64,000 bases of DNA from Obrimoposthia wandeli (GCA_977020255.1 CDROCS010000122.1:186001-250000); one strand, 5' to 3'; shown: positions 10,128 through 20,839, counted from the stretch's first letter. Notes: generated by a model not told the origin, from the sequence alone. A program made the numbers and translations.

Positions 10128-11264
10128 ATGAAAAAAAATACAATTAGGTGCTTAAGTAGCTTGTGTTTACTAATGGCATTTCAAGCGAATGCCGCTTGGT
10201 TAGAAGTAACAGGGAAAGCCCCTATCCTAGAAAGCGACAGTACCGCGCGTATCAACGCATTGGAAGATGCTACCTATCAAGCCATGCTGTATTCCGGTGC
10301 CGACATTGCCAGCTTTAATCACATAAAACCTTATTTCGCGACTGAAAAAGAAGAATACCAATTCAGTGGTAATTCAATTCGCCATGTCATGGTATTAAAG
10401 CAGAAGAAAAAAAGCGGCAATATGTACGTTACGGCACGTATTGATGTGTATCCATCGGCAAATAGTTGCCACAAAAATCAATACAAGAAAGGAATACTGT
10501 TAGGTGAGTTTGACCTAATATCACCACAACATGCTTCTATGGGCAGTATTTATCAGATTGGTGATGATTTCACATCTTTATTACAACGCCAAATCCAAAG
10601 GAAATCACAAAGCTTTGTCGTATCAGGTATTACCCAAGTGCCCATACGCCCAGGGCAACCAACGGTAATGACGATGTTAGCGGAAGACAACGACGCACAA
10701 TATATAGTAAATGGACAAATTACCGATCTTACCTCGACACTCGATCAAAAATTCATTAAAGATGATCAAGTCAACCGGCAGTTTGCAGCGACGTTGCAGG
10801 TTATGGATGGTAAAACGGGGGATATTTTATTCCAAAATAACTATCGAGAGATTGCTGAATGGCCTTTTGCCAAAACCAGTCAGGTAGACACGAAAAGTGC
10901 TCGCTTTTGGCAATCAACTTATGGTAAAGCCGTACAACGTATAAGTCGTAACATGATGCTTGATCTTGAAACAGCACTGTCTTGTCGAACCAGCCTACCT
11001 GAAGTTGTTAATGTTCATAATAATACAGTGCAGATCAATGCTGGCCGTATTCATGGTGTTAACCGTGGTGACCAGCTTCAACTATGGCATAGTGCTGGGT
11101 TCATTGATCCAATGGGCATTGCTCGAAATCGTATGATACAAACTGACATCACATTAACGGTTGAACGTATCTACGAGAAATCAACAGAACTGTCTGTTGA
11201 CCAAGCAAATCTCGCAAACAGCATTCAACCTGGTGATTTACTGACCAAGCAAGTCGACCGATAA
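10128..11264 (+). CDS. flgT: H-ring/T-ring assembly protein FlgT
   Basis: Signal peptide; ARINALEDA; INAGRIHGVNRGD; divergent from flgO. Confidence 0.92.
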   Translation: MKKNTIRCLSSLCLLMAFQANAAWLEVTGKAPILESDSTARINALEDATYQAMLYSGADIASFNHIKPYFATEKEEYQFSGNSIRHVMVLKQKKKSGNMYVTARIDVYPSANSCHKNQYKKGILLGEFDLISPQHASMGSIYQIGDDFTSLLQRQIQRKSQSFVVSGITQVPIRPGQPTVMTMLAEDNDAQYIVNGQITDLTSTLDQKFIKDDQVNRQFAATLQVMDGKTGDILFQNNYREIAEWPFAKTSQVDTKSARFWQSTYGKAVQRISRNMMLDLETALSCRTSLPEVVNVHNNTVQINAGRIHGVNRGDQLQLWHSAGFIDPMGIARNRMIQTDITLTVERIYEKSTELSVDQANLANSIQPGDLLTKQVDR

Positions 11265-11313
11265 CACTAATTACTTAAAAAGTTGAAGAATATGAGTATA
11301 ATGGTGGCCAAGT

Positions 11314-11390
11314 GCCCCCTTAGCTCAGCTGGATAGAGCGTCCCCCTCCTAAGGGGAAGGCCACAAGTTCGACTCTTGTAGGGGGCACCA
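11314..11390 (+). tRNA. tRNA-Arg(CCU)
   Basis: 77-nt cloverleaf, acceptor GCCCCCT/AGGGGGC, anticodon loop CTCCTAA, TTCGA, encoded CCA. Confidence 0.96.
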
Positions 11391-11398
11391 CAAATTTT

Positions 11399-11432
11399 AA
11401 AGGCTTAGCAATTTACGTTGCTAAGCCTTTTT
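11399..11432 (+). terminator. Terminator after tRNA-Arg
   Basis: AAAGGCTTAGCAA-N6-TTGCTAAGCCTTT followed by TT. Confidence 0.85.
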
Positions 11433-11558
11433 CATTTAATCTTATGGTGAGTTAAAAGAATACTTTCAACTTATACCAATCTAAACAAGTTTCTGACCAT
11501 TTACTTACCACAATGGTATTCGTTGGCATTAATGCTTTATTTCTCAAAATGTAGATAC

Positions 11559-11597
11559 AAAAAAACCTCGTTGAAGTATTTATCTTCAACGAGGTTT
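11559..11597 (-). terminator. Terminator after tRNA-Ala
   Basis: AAACCTCGTTGAAG / CTTCAACGAGGTTT stem with T-run on minus strand. Confidence 0.8.
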
Positions 11598-11649
11598 ATT
11601 GTTTTCATGCTTATCTATTCTCTCAATTATAAAAAATAGATAATTAATT

Positions 11650-11725
11650 TGGTGGAGCTATGCGGGATCGAACCGCAGACCTCTTCGCTGCCAGCGAAGC
11701 GCTCTCCCAGCTGAGCTATAGCCCC
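11650..11725 (-). tRNA. tRNA-Ala(GGC)
   Basis: GGGGCTATAGCTCAGCTGGGAGAGCG-CTTCG-CTGGCAG-CGAAG...TTCGATCC...CCA, 76 nt. Confidence 0.97.
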
Positions 11726-11873
11726 AAATTGTTTACCAATCATAAAAACTTAATCATTTCATGTCAATATGATCAATCTAAGAACCAAATATAGAATCAA
11801 ATTTTGTGAATCTGATCAAAAAAAGGGAGAGGCTAACCCTCTTCCTTCAAATTAACGTTTAACAACACAATAA

Positions 11874-13298
11874 TTATGCGTTTGCTTCACGTTCCGCAAT
11901 GAATGCCAGTGCCATCGTAATACGATTAACAACACGATCTTTACCAATCAGCATCATGGTTGCATCAACCGAAGGCGATTGGCCTTGACCGGTAACTGCA
12001 ACACGTAAAGGCATACCGACTTTACCCATACCGACTTCAAGCTCAGTACATGTGTCTGCAATCACTGTATGCAAGCTTTCAGTATTCCACTCTTCAAGCG
12101 CTTCTACTTTCGATAACACTAAAGCTAAAGCATCTTTTGCAACTGGGCGTAAATGTTTCTTCGCAGCACCGGCTTCAAACTCGCTAAAGTCTTGGTAGAA
12201 GTAACGAGATTGCTCAGCAAGTTCGATTAACGTATTACACCGCTCGCCGACTAAGCCAATGACATCGGTAATTTTAGGGCCATTTGCTGTATCAATTTCT
12301 TTTTGATCAAGGTGCCATTGCAGGTATTTCGCAACATACTCAGGTTCGGCAGTCTTGATGTAGTGGTTATTCAACCACAGTAGCTTATCTGTATTGAATG
12401 CAGACGCTGATTTACTGATTGATTCAAGGCTGAATAAGTTAATCATCTCTTCCATAGAAAAGATCTCTTGATCACCATGAGACCAGCCTAAACGGATCAG
12501 GTAATTGAGTAATGCTTGAGGTAAATAACCTTCATCACGGTATTGCATCACGCTAACCGCACCATGGCGCTTAGACAATTTAGCGCCATCATCACCCAGA
12601 ATCATTGCACAGTGTGCGAATTCTGGTACTGGTGCACCTAATGCTTCATAAATATTGATCTGACGAGGGGTATTGTTAATGTGATCTTCACCACGAACAA
12701 CCTGAGTAATACCCATATCCCAATCATCAATTACAACACAGAAGTTATATGTTGGGCTGCCATCAGTACGACGAATAATCAGATCATCAAGCTCGCTATT
12801 CGCAATTTCGATGCGACCACGTACTTTATCTTCAAATACAACCGTCCCTTCTTTCGGGTTACGGAATCGAATACAGAATGCGCTATCTTCTGTTGCAGCT
12901 GCATTTACCGCTACAATTTTTGGATGGTTAGCATCGTAACGAGGCTTAACACCCGCAGCCATTTGCTCTTCACGCAGTTCGTCTAGTAGCTCTTTCGGGC
13001 AATAGCACTTATACGCTTTATCTTCAGCTAATAGTTGATCGACCAACTGGTTATAACGATCAAAACGCTTAGTCTGGTAGTAAGGACCTTCATCCCAATC
13101 CATTCCTAGCCATTCCATGCCTTCAAGAATGGCATCGATCGCTTCTTGTGTAGAGCGTTCAAGGTCAGTATCTTCGATACGAAGTACAAATTCGCCACCC
13201 ATGTGCTTAGCAAATAACCATGAATACAGCGCTGTACGAGCACCACCTACGTGCAGAAAGCCTGTTGGGCTTGGTGCAAAGCGAGTTTTAACCGTCAT
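11874..13298 (-). CDS. gltX: Glutamate--tRNA ligase
   Basis: [14 protein letters not shown] (HIGH motif) and KLSKR. Confidence 0.98.
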   Translation of the reverse strand: MTVKTRFAPSPTGFLHVGGARTALYSWLFAKHMGGEFVLRIEDTDLERSTQEAIDAILEGMEWLGMDWDEGPYYQTKRFDRYNQLVDQLLAEDKAYKCYCPKELLDELREEQMAAGVKPRYDANHPKIVAVNAAATEDSAFCIRFRNPKEGTVVFEDKVRGRIEIANSELDDLIIRRTDGSPTYNFCVVIDDWDMGITQVVRGEDHINNTPRQINIYEALGAPVPEFAHCAMILGDDGAKLSKRHGAVSVMQYRDEGYLPQALLNYLIRLGWSHGDQEIFSMEEMINLFSLESISKSASAFNTDKLLWLNNHYIKTAEPEYVAKYLQWHLDQKEIDTANGPKITDVIGLVGERCNTLIELAEQSRYFYQDFSEFEAGAAKKHLRPVAKDALALVLSKVEALEEWNTESLHTVIADTCTELEVGMGKVGMPLRVAVTGQGQSPSVDATMMLIGKDRVVNRITMALAFIAEREANA

Positions 13299-13432
13299 GT
13301 AAAATTACCTTATGAATAAAGGATCAGGCAGTGAGAGCCACTGCATTAAGATTATTGCGGGGTATTTTAACACTGTGAGGTAATTCTACAATCATCTGTA
13401 ATACGTTCAATGACTGTAATTCAAAATCCGTA

Positions 13433-13825
13433 TCAACCCGGTGGACCTTTAGGATACATGTAAGTATCAAATCCACGATTCCATTCATAACGAAATTGTG
13501 GTTCATCCCGTCGCCCTTTACATTGGTCTTGGTATCTTAACCCTTTAACGCCATAACCAAACGCCTTGTTCACATCGCAAAATGTGTTAATACCGTCTTC
13601 ATAGCCCGCTTGATATTGCTGGTAACTTTCTTGCTCTAGCTTATCAACCTGATACGCTTTGGTTAATTCCGCTTCGGTCTGCATTACTTGGCCTTGTATG
13701 GCATTTTTTTCACCGATCTCAGACCACCGAGGTGAAGATGTAGATGTGTACTGAGCAGCGCAGCCACTGATAATCAGCGAGAAAATGACAATAAACGCGT
13801 TAGTTACGATATAAAACTTCGTCAT
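13433..13825 (-). CDS. Lipoprotein, DUF2799/YfiL-like
   Basis: Lipobox ISGC; YQAGYEDGINTFC and AFGYGVKG...C pattern. Confidence 0.7.
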   Translation of the reverse strand: MTKFYIVTNAFIVIFSLIISGCAAQYTSTSSPRWSEIGEKNAIQGQVMQTEAELTKAYQVDKLEQESYQQYQAGYEDGINTFCDVNKAFGYGVKGLRYQDQCKGRRDEPQFRYEWNRGFDTYMYPKGPPG

Positions 13826-13863
13826 GGCAGCCTCTAATATGAATAAGCAGAAGCTGGAAGGTG

Positions 13864-13894
13864 TTAATTAGGAAGCCATCGACCTCCTAATTAA
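13864..13894 (-). terminator. Hairpin after small peptide gene 1
   Basis: TTAATTAGGA-N11-TCCTAATTAA. Confidence 0.55.
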
Positions 13895-13908
13895 AGTAAC
13901 AAACTGGT

Positions 13909-14097
13909 TCAATAATGTGTTTTACCACCCTTTTGAGCACAGATTGTTTGAGGAACCCAACTCTCAACCGTTTGACCACTTTCCGTAGTCACCACACATC
14001 GATAGATAGGCATTGCTCCAACACCGCCAGATTGCGCAGCGAAAACAGGCACCGAAGACACAATAAATAATGTTATTGCAGTAAGAATATGTTTCAT
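13909..14097 (-). CDS. Small secreted two-cysteine peptide (copy 1)
   Basis: AAGGT RBS, Sec signal ending VFA, paralogous to 16398-16598, flanked by hairpins. Confidence 0.75.
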   Translation of the reverse strand: MKHILTAITLFIVSSVPVFAAQSGGVGAMPIYRCVVTTESGQTVESWVPQTICAQKGGKTHY

Positions 14098-14109
14098 AAG
14101 CTACCTTTT

Positions 14110-14125
14110 TTTGATATTCATCACA
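14110..14125. promoter_or_regulatory. CRP/FNR-like site next to RBS of peptide 1
   Basis: TTTGA-TATTCA-TCACA, 12 bp from the ATG. Confidence 0.55.
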
Positions 14126-14210
14126 AAAATTCTAGCTTAGTTTTTTATAAACTCCATGCAAATAAACATATTTTAAATATTGAATCAGAAATACCAGCTT
14201 CCGTATAAAC

Positions 14211-14237
14211 AACAAAACCGGGTTACAAGAACCCGGC
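14211..14237 (-). terminator. Terminator after porin 1
   Basis: CCGGGTT-N5-AACCCGG followed by TTTTGTT on minus strand. Confidence 0.8.
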
Positions 14238-14256
14238 CATTATTATAAGACGCTGA

Positions 14257-15648
14257 TTATTTCACTGTGAATGGAATAGTCAATGTTACTTTCAAATCAG
14301 TCTCATCTTGGAATGCGTTCGAGTACGGTGCCCAGTTTCCAGCATTTGAGTCGTTAACATAGTATGTGTAGTACATACCAAAATTAGCCCCTTTCAGTGC
14401 ACCGCCTTGAATAGCATAATTTAAGAAAGCACTACCTGAGTATTCAACTAGTTCATCAATACCCGCTTGATCAGACTTAGCACCAAATGCATATACACCA
14501 TTCACACCAGCACTAAAGCCTTGTGCACCTAAGTCAGAGAAGTCACGCGCAACAGAACCGAAGACACCTAGCTCACCATCATGGTTAAAGTCAGAACGGT
14601 TATTCCACCAAATATCGTAAGCACCGTTTGAACCACCATAAACTTCAGTCAGGCGGTAAGCCATGTTACCCACGTTGCCACGAGTATCGCTTGAATCTGC
14701 CGCAGTATATGTCGCTTCAGCACGTACAGAGTACTGGCCGTAAGACTTAGCTGAAATGAATGCTAGCTGGTAAGCCGTTGAGTCGTATTGGTTATCATCA
14801 TCAACAACATAAACTTGTGGAGAAAGGTACCAACCATCAGCCGTTGTGTACTTCACTTTAATGTGAGCATTTTTACGATCGCCATCTGATAACGCTGCAT
14901 AAGCGGCATCTAACAGCAGTCCATTATCAAACGTATAACGACCACCTAATGAGTAAGCAGTGCCTGCATCTTCAGCATCTGAACCGCTTCCAGTACGGAA
15001 CTCATAGCTATCTTTGAACCAAGGTGCGCGATATTCATCAGCAACAACAAGACCTAATGCTAGGTTACCTACATTTGCGCCAATTTCACCACCAGTATAC
15101 GTACCAGCAGCGAAAGACCAGTTAACGCCCATCGCTGTCGGTACAGATGGTTGGAAGTAACCTAATTTAGCAGTTACTGCATCGCCAAATTTAAATTTGA
15201 ATGCAGCAGTCTGAAATGCTCCACCATTGTCGTTACAGCTTGTATCCCATGCACTATCACAACCACTTCTGCTGGTTGGTTCCATGTCATATGGGTTATT
15301 CACGCCCCAGAAGTTCATTTCATGATCAGGAGAAGCGTTTTGCCACAAATCAAACGTTGAATAAACGTTAAGATCTAAACCAACAGTATCAGCTACATAG
15401 CCCGAGTTAAAATCAACAGATAGATACATTGAACCGTGATCTAAATTCGGTGTTTTTGATGTGTCGTTACCATTCTCATCGACATCACCACGGGTACGAT
15501 CACGCATCCAAACATTGAGAGCGCCATTAATGGTTGAGTCTTCAATGAAGCCGCTTGCTTCAGCAGATGGCGCAACCGTTAGCGCCGAGCCAGCCACAAG
15601 ACCAACAACAAGTGTGCTAAGCATTGTACGTTTAAATATTTTTTCCAT
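14257..15648 (-). CDS. chiP: OprD-family outer-membrane porin, E. coli ChiP (YbfM)-like, copy 1
   Basis: GFIEDST start, DFNSGY, VNWSFAAGTYTG, YRAPW, SNGAYDIWWNNRSDFN, FQDETDLK; these match my recollection of E. coli ChiP motifs. Confidence 0.8.
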   Translation of the reverse strand: MEKIFKRTMLSTLVVGLVAGSALTVAPSAEASGFIEDSTINGALNVWMRDRTRGDVDENGNDTSKTPNLDHGSMYLSVDFNSGYVADTVGLDLNVYSTFDLWQNASPDHEMNFWGVNNPYDMEPTSRSGCDSAWDTSCNDNGGAFQTAAFKFKFGDAVTAKLGYFQPSVPTAMGVNWSFAAGTYTGGEIGANVGNLALGLVVADEYRAPWFKDSYEFRTGSGSDAEDAGTAYSLGGRYTFDNGLLLDAAYAALSDGDRKNAHIKVKYTTADGWYLSPQVYVVDDDNQYDSTAYQLAFISAKSYGQYSVRAEATYTAADSSDTRGNVGNMAYRLTEVYGGSNGAYDIWWNNRSDFNHDGELGVFGSVARDFSDLGAQGFSAGVNGVYAFGAKSDQAGIDELVEYSGSAFLNYAIQGGALKGANFGMYYTYYVNDSNAGNWAPYSNAFQDETDLKVTLTIPFTVK

Positions 15649-15669
15649 GGATAACTCCTAATAATAAAA

Positions 15670-15718
15670 TAGCTGTTTTTGTATACATCCTTAAGTTGGC
15701 CGCCGAAGGTCTGCATAC
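15670..15718 (-). promoter_or_regulatory. Conserved 5' leader RNA hairpin (copy 1)
   Basis: GUAUGCA-GA-CCUU[CGGCGGCCAACUU]AAGG-A-UGUAUAC then AAAAACAGCUA; same loop at 18243-18253. Confidence 0.75.
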
Positions 15719-15905
15719 AGGTTATTTATATAACGTTGTTTCAATAGGAGAAGAGGTTACAAGCTTTTTTCATTACAGAAAGTTAACGCAGAAGAATTTA
15801 TGACCGTGTTCAAATCGCATAAATACAAAAATACATTAAAAAAACAAAATCAACAACTTACAAGGAAAACATCAGAAAACATAAACGTTAAAACACTATA
15901 TTGAC

Positions 15906-15921
15906 TGTGAATCAACTCACA
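15906..15921. promoter_or_regulatory. CRP site upstream of porin 1
   Basis: Perfect TGTGA-ATCAAC-TCACA; weaker TATGA-N6-TCAAA at 15799-15814. Confidence 0.75.
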
Positions 15922-16362
15922 TAAAGCCAAATTTAGAAGGCCCAAAGTAGGCCCATCGCACGAGCACTTATAAATATACACTTTGTTTTATATTTATTGA
16001 GAGCGAAACAATGATCTACTTCGCAATTTGAAATAGACACATTGAACTAATTAGCCCGCACTTCTCTAAAATTGACGTTTTTACTTAACACATATTTAGC
16101 ATCAACAATTAAGCTGGATAAGCATTAAACATCGTCAAAAGGAATCCTGCGAATTCACATGCTTCTGATTTCCCTCAGATAACTATTATTGATAGATTGA
16201 ATAAACCATTTTGTTATCAATAGCATTAATAACCATAATTAATTTTATAGAAAGAAGTACGGAATTATAACGAACAAAAGATAGGGCTTAGATAGGAGTT
16301 ATTAAAATAAACATCTTAAGCATCAGGTTAGAACAAGTCATCGATTTAATTAAAGGCTTTAT

Positions 16363-16386
16363 AAAACCGGAGAGTCCGTTCTCCAG
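16363..16386 (-). terminator. Terminator after peptide 2
   Basis: Minus strand CTGGAGA-ACGGAC-TCTCCGG-TTTT. Confidence 0.75.
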
Positions 16387-16397
16387 CATTACACTAT

Positions 16398-16598
16398 TTA
16401 AAAATCAGCTGGATTTCCTTTCCCCCCCAGAGTTCGGCAATTAAACCAAGGTACAAAAATTGTTTCACCGGAAGGAAGTTTACAATATGTTTGGCCAAAC
16501 CCACCGCCATTACCGCCAGAAGAAGAAGCACTTGCAGGTGAAGATATTAGCAATACCATAAATAGACTTGAAGCTAGAAAAGTTAACTTGTTTTTCAT
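16398..16598 (-). CDS. Small secreted two-cysteine peptide (copy 2)
   Basis: GGGGG RBS, Sec signal ending ASA, paralogous to 13909-14097. Confidence 0.75.
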   Translation of the reverse strand: MKNKLTFLASSLFMVLLISSPASASSSGGNGGGFGQTYCKLPSGETIFVPWFNCRTLGGKGNPADF

Positions 16599-16614
16599 AT
16601 AACCCCCATAAGAA

Positions 16615-16630
16615 TGTGACTTTTGTCACG
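16615..16630. promoter_or_regulatory. CRP-like site next to RBS of peptide 2
   Basis: TGTGA-CTTTTG-TCACG, 16 bp from the ATG. Confidence 0.6.
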
Positions 16631-16731
16631 TTGAGTATAGGAGTTAATAATATACATGCCATTTTATAGAATTAATTTTCATCAAAAAATTATATACTTA
16701 ATTTACAGTTTCTTTTTTCAATACAAAATAA

Positions 16732-16757
16732 AAGTCAGCCTAAGATAAGGCTGACTT
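16732..16757 (-). terminator. Terminator after porin 2
   Basis: AAGTCAGCCT-N6-AGGCTGACTT then TTATTTT on minus strand. Confidence 0.8.
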
Positions 16758-16782
16758 AATTAAAATGCTGCTAACTAAATGA

Positions 16783-18198
16783 TTAGTTGAAGCTATAAGG
16801 AATAATTACCTGCAAGCGTAAATCAGTTTCATCTGCAGAGTTAGCCCCTGCATATTCATCACGCTCTAGCACTGTACCGTGTAAACGTACTGTTGAACCT
16901 TTTAATGCACCAGCCTGAAGAGAATATGCAACTGTTGCATTAAATGCATACTCGCTTTCATAATCCCAATCGCCCGTAGCTCCTTCAGCTGCAGATTTAC
17001 CACCCGTACCGTAACCAAAGCCTAGGTAGTAATTCCAACCATTACCTTGGTTGTAAGCAACACGGTTGTACCATGATAGTTGACCAGACTTGTTCCAATC
17101 AGATAGTGCATCCCACCATAGAGAGTAATTACCATTCGTCATACCGTAGGTATAAATCATACGAGGGTTAACATCAGCATCGTTATCACTTGATGCGTAA
17201 TTCACATCAGACATCCATGAAACTTTACCGAAGTTTGCATTAAATGACAGACCAGTTGTATAGCCAAGACCGTCATATTGATCATCATCATCTACACCGT
17301 AGAAATCATAAGCAATGGTCATAGTATCGTTAATGTTATAGCGTGCGTATACTTTATAGCCTGTCGTATCAACTTCTTCACGCTTGCCTGAAACAACGTT
17401 ATTATCCCAATCAACATTGGCATAACTAACATCAGTTGTTTGACCCAGACCAAACTGCAAGAATAAATCTTTCGTTGCATCAACCTGTAGACCTAGCGAG
17501 TGAGTGATACCCCAGCTTGTATCAGACCAAAGGGCTGGTGCGTAATCATCTTCACTTAATAACCATGGGGCTGTGTATTGATCAGCAATGAAATACGTCG
17601 CTTTCACTTTACCAAAGTTAGCATTCAATTCTGCACCACGGTATGTACCAGGAACAAAACTCCAAACATTACCAAGGGTACCGTTACCATTAGCCTGAAT
17701 CATACCGAAACGTGCATCAAAGTTTTCACCAGCTTTGAATTTTAACGCAGCCTTGTACAGCTTCAGCTGTTCACCTTCAGCTGAACCCCAATCAAGGTTA
17801 TTACAGGTTGAAATTTCATTACACAGGTACTCACCAGTATCACCATTTATCTGACTGTCGTTATATAGATCACCAGAGTAATAGCCGCCAATATCAGCAC
17901 CTAACCATCCGTCATGATAACCAGAAGTAAAGTCTAAAATGGCATTGTAAGAAGAGTAATTCAAACGGCTCCAAGTATCGCCATCCTCGCCACCAGGCTT
18001 ACCAGTAGTACGAGTACGAGCACGCGTATCAACAATAAAAGTACCATTCAAGGCTGAATCTGCCATGAACTCGTTGATAGCCTCAACGTATTGATCACCC
18101 GCTGCACTTTCTGTCGATGCCTGTACAGGCATCGCTACTACACCAAACATTGCAGCAGTTAAGGCTGAAACCTTAAATAAATTTGAACGATTTTCCAT
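16783..18198 (-). CDS. chiP: OprD-family outer-membrane porin, ChiP-like, copy 2 (divergent)
   Basis: DFTSGY, LYKAALKFK, NVWSFVPGTYRGAE, YTAPW, TNGNYSLWWDALSDWN, DETDLRL; C-terminal aromatic FN. Confidence 0.75.
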   Translation of the reverse strand: MENRSNLFKVSALTAAMFGVVAMPVQASTESAAGDQYVEAINEFMADSALNGTFIVDTRARTRTTGKPGGEDGDTWSRLNYSSYNAILDFTSGYHDGWLGADIGGYYSGDLYNDSQINGDTGEYLCNEISTCNNLDWGSAEGEQLKLYKAALKFKAGENFDARFGMIQANGNGTLGNVWSFVPGTYRGAELNANFGKVKATYFIADQYTAPWLLSEDDYAPALWSDTSWGITHSLGLQVDATKDLFLQFGLGQTTDVSYANVDWDNNVVSGKREEVDTTGYKVYARYNINDTMTIAYDFYGVDDDDQYDGLGYTTGLSFNANFGKVSWMSDVNYASSDNDADVNPRMIYTYGMTNGNYSLWWDALSDWNKSGQLSWYNRVAYNQGNGWNYYLGFGYGTGGKSAAEGATGDWDYESEYAFNATVAYSLQAGALKGSTVRLHGTVLERDEYAGANSADETDLRLQVIIPYSFN

Positions 18199-18218
18199 GG
18201 AATAACTCCTAAAAATAC

Positions 18219-18267
18219 TAGCTGTTTACTTGTGTCTTAAAGGTTGGCCGCCGAAGACATCAAGTAA
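18219..18267 (-). promoter_or_regulatory. Conserved 5' leader RNA hairpin (copy 2)
   Basis: UUACUUG-A-UGUCUU[CGGCGGCCAACCUUU]AAGACA-CAAGUAA then ACAGCUA. Confidence 0.75.
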
Positions 18268-18361
18268 CTCTCCTATATGTCAGCTCAATTATCTAAATCA
18301 AGCTAAATCATAATTTTTTAGTTCTTTATGAACTGCTGTGTTACTTCAGCTATAAGACTAC

Positions 18362-18374
18362 TTTCGCAGCGAAA
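18362..18374. promoter_or_regulatory. NagC/Mlc-like operator upstream of porin 2
   Basis: Palindrome TTTCGC-A-GCGAAA fits the TT-N9-AA pattern with a CG-rich centre. Confidence 0.4.
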
Positions 18375-18724
18375 AACATCAATAACAACTTAATTAATTG
18401 TGTGAAAAATATGACGCAGTGCAAATTTATTACACAACAGTGATCAAGTTCAAACTCTCTAGCAATAAGTTTATAAATAAATATTAAATCAAATAAAAAC
18501 AACACTTTAAATAAAAACAAAAAAGATTAAACGTGATGTAACACGAGAAAAAAAATGATTTTGTTTTTATTGGTATATGGATTTTTTAGATGTTTTAAAA
18601 ATAATTTTGAACTTTTTTAAGGAGAGAATAGTGAAAAAGAAGATAATTTGAATGGTATTAGGAAGTAAATATGAGGAAACACCTGCCTACCTTTCACAGA
18701 TAAGCAGGCTTTATCAAAACTTAA

Positions 18725-20785
<2,061 letters not shown>

Positions 20786-20839
20786 TTACCGTTTTTATAC
20801 CATTAAGACTTATCTTGATTGGTATTAATCAGTAAACAC

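Noticed and set aside
11440-11560. Integrase or att remnant after tRNA-Arg
   Set aside because: No duplicated tRNA 3' end; the short minus-strand ORF has no recognisable motif
15695-15708. C(UUCG)G tetraloop reading of the porin leader motif
   Set aside because: Flanks do not pair around UUCG in either copy; the larger CGGCGGCCAAC loop gives consistent stems in both
13909-16598. Double-glycine bacteriocin leaders in the small peptides
   Set aside because: N-termini are classical Sec signals with AxA-type sites; no C39 peptidase/ABC exporter or modification enzymes nearby
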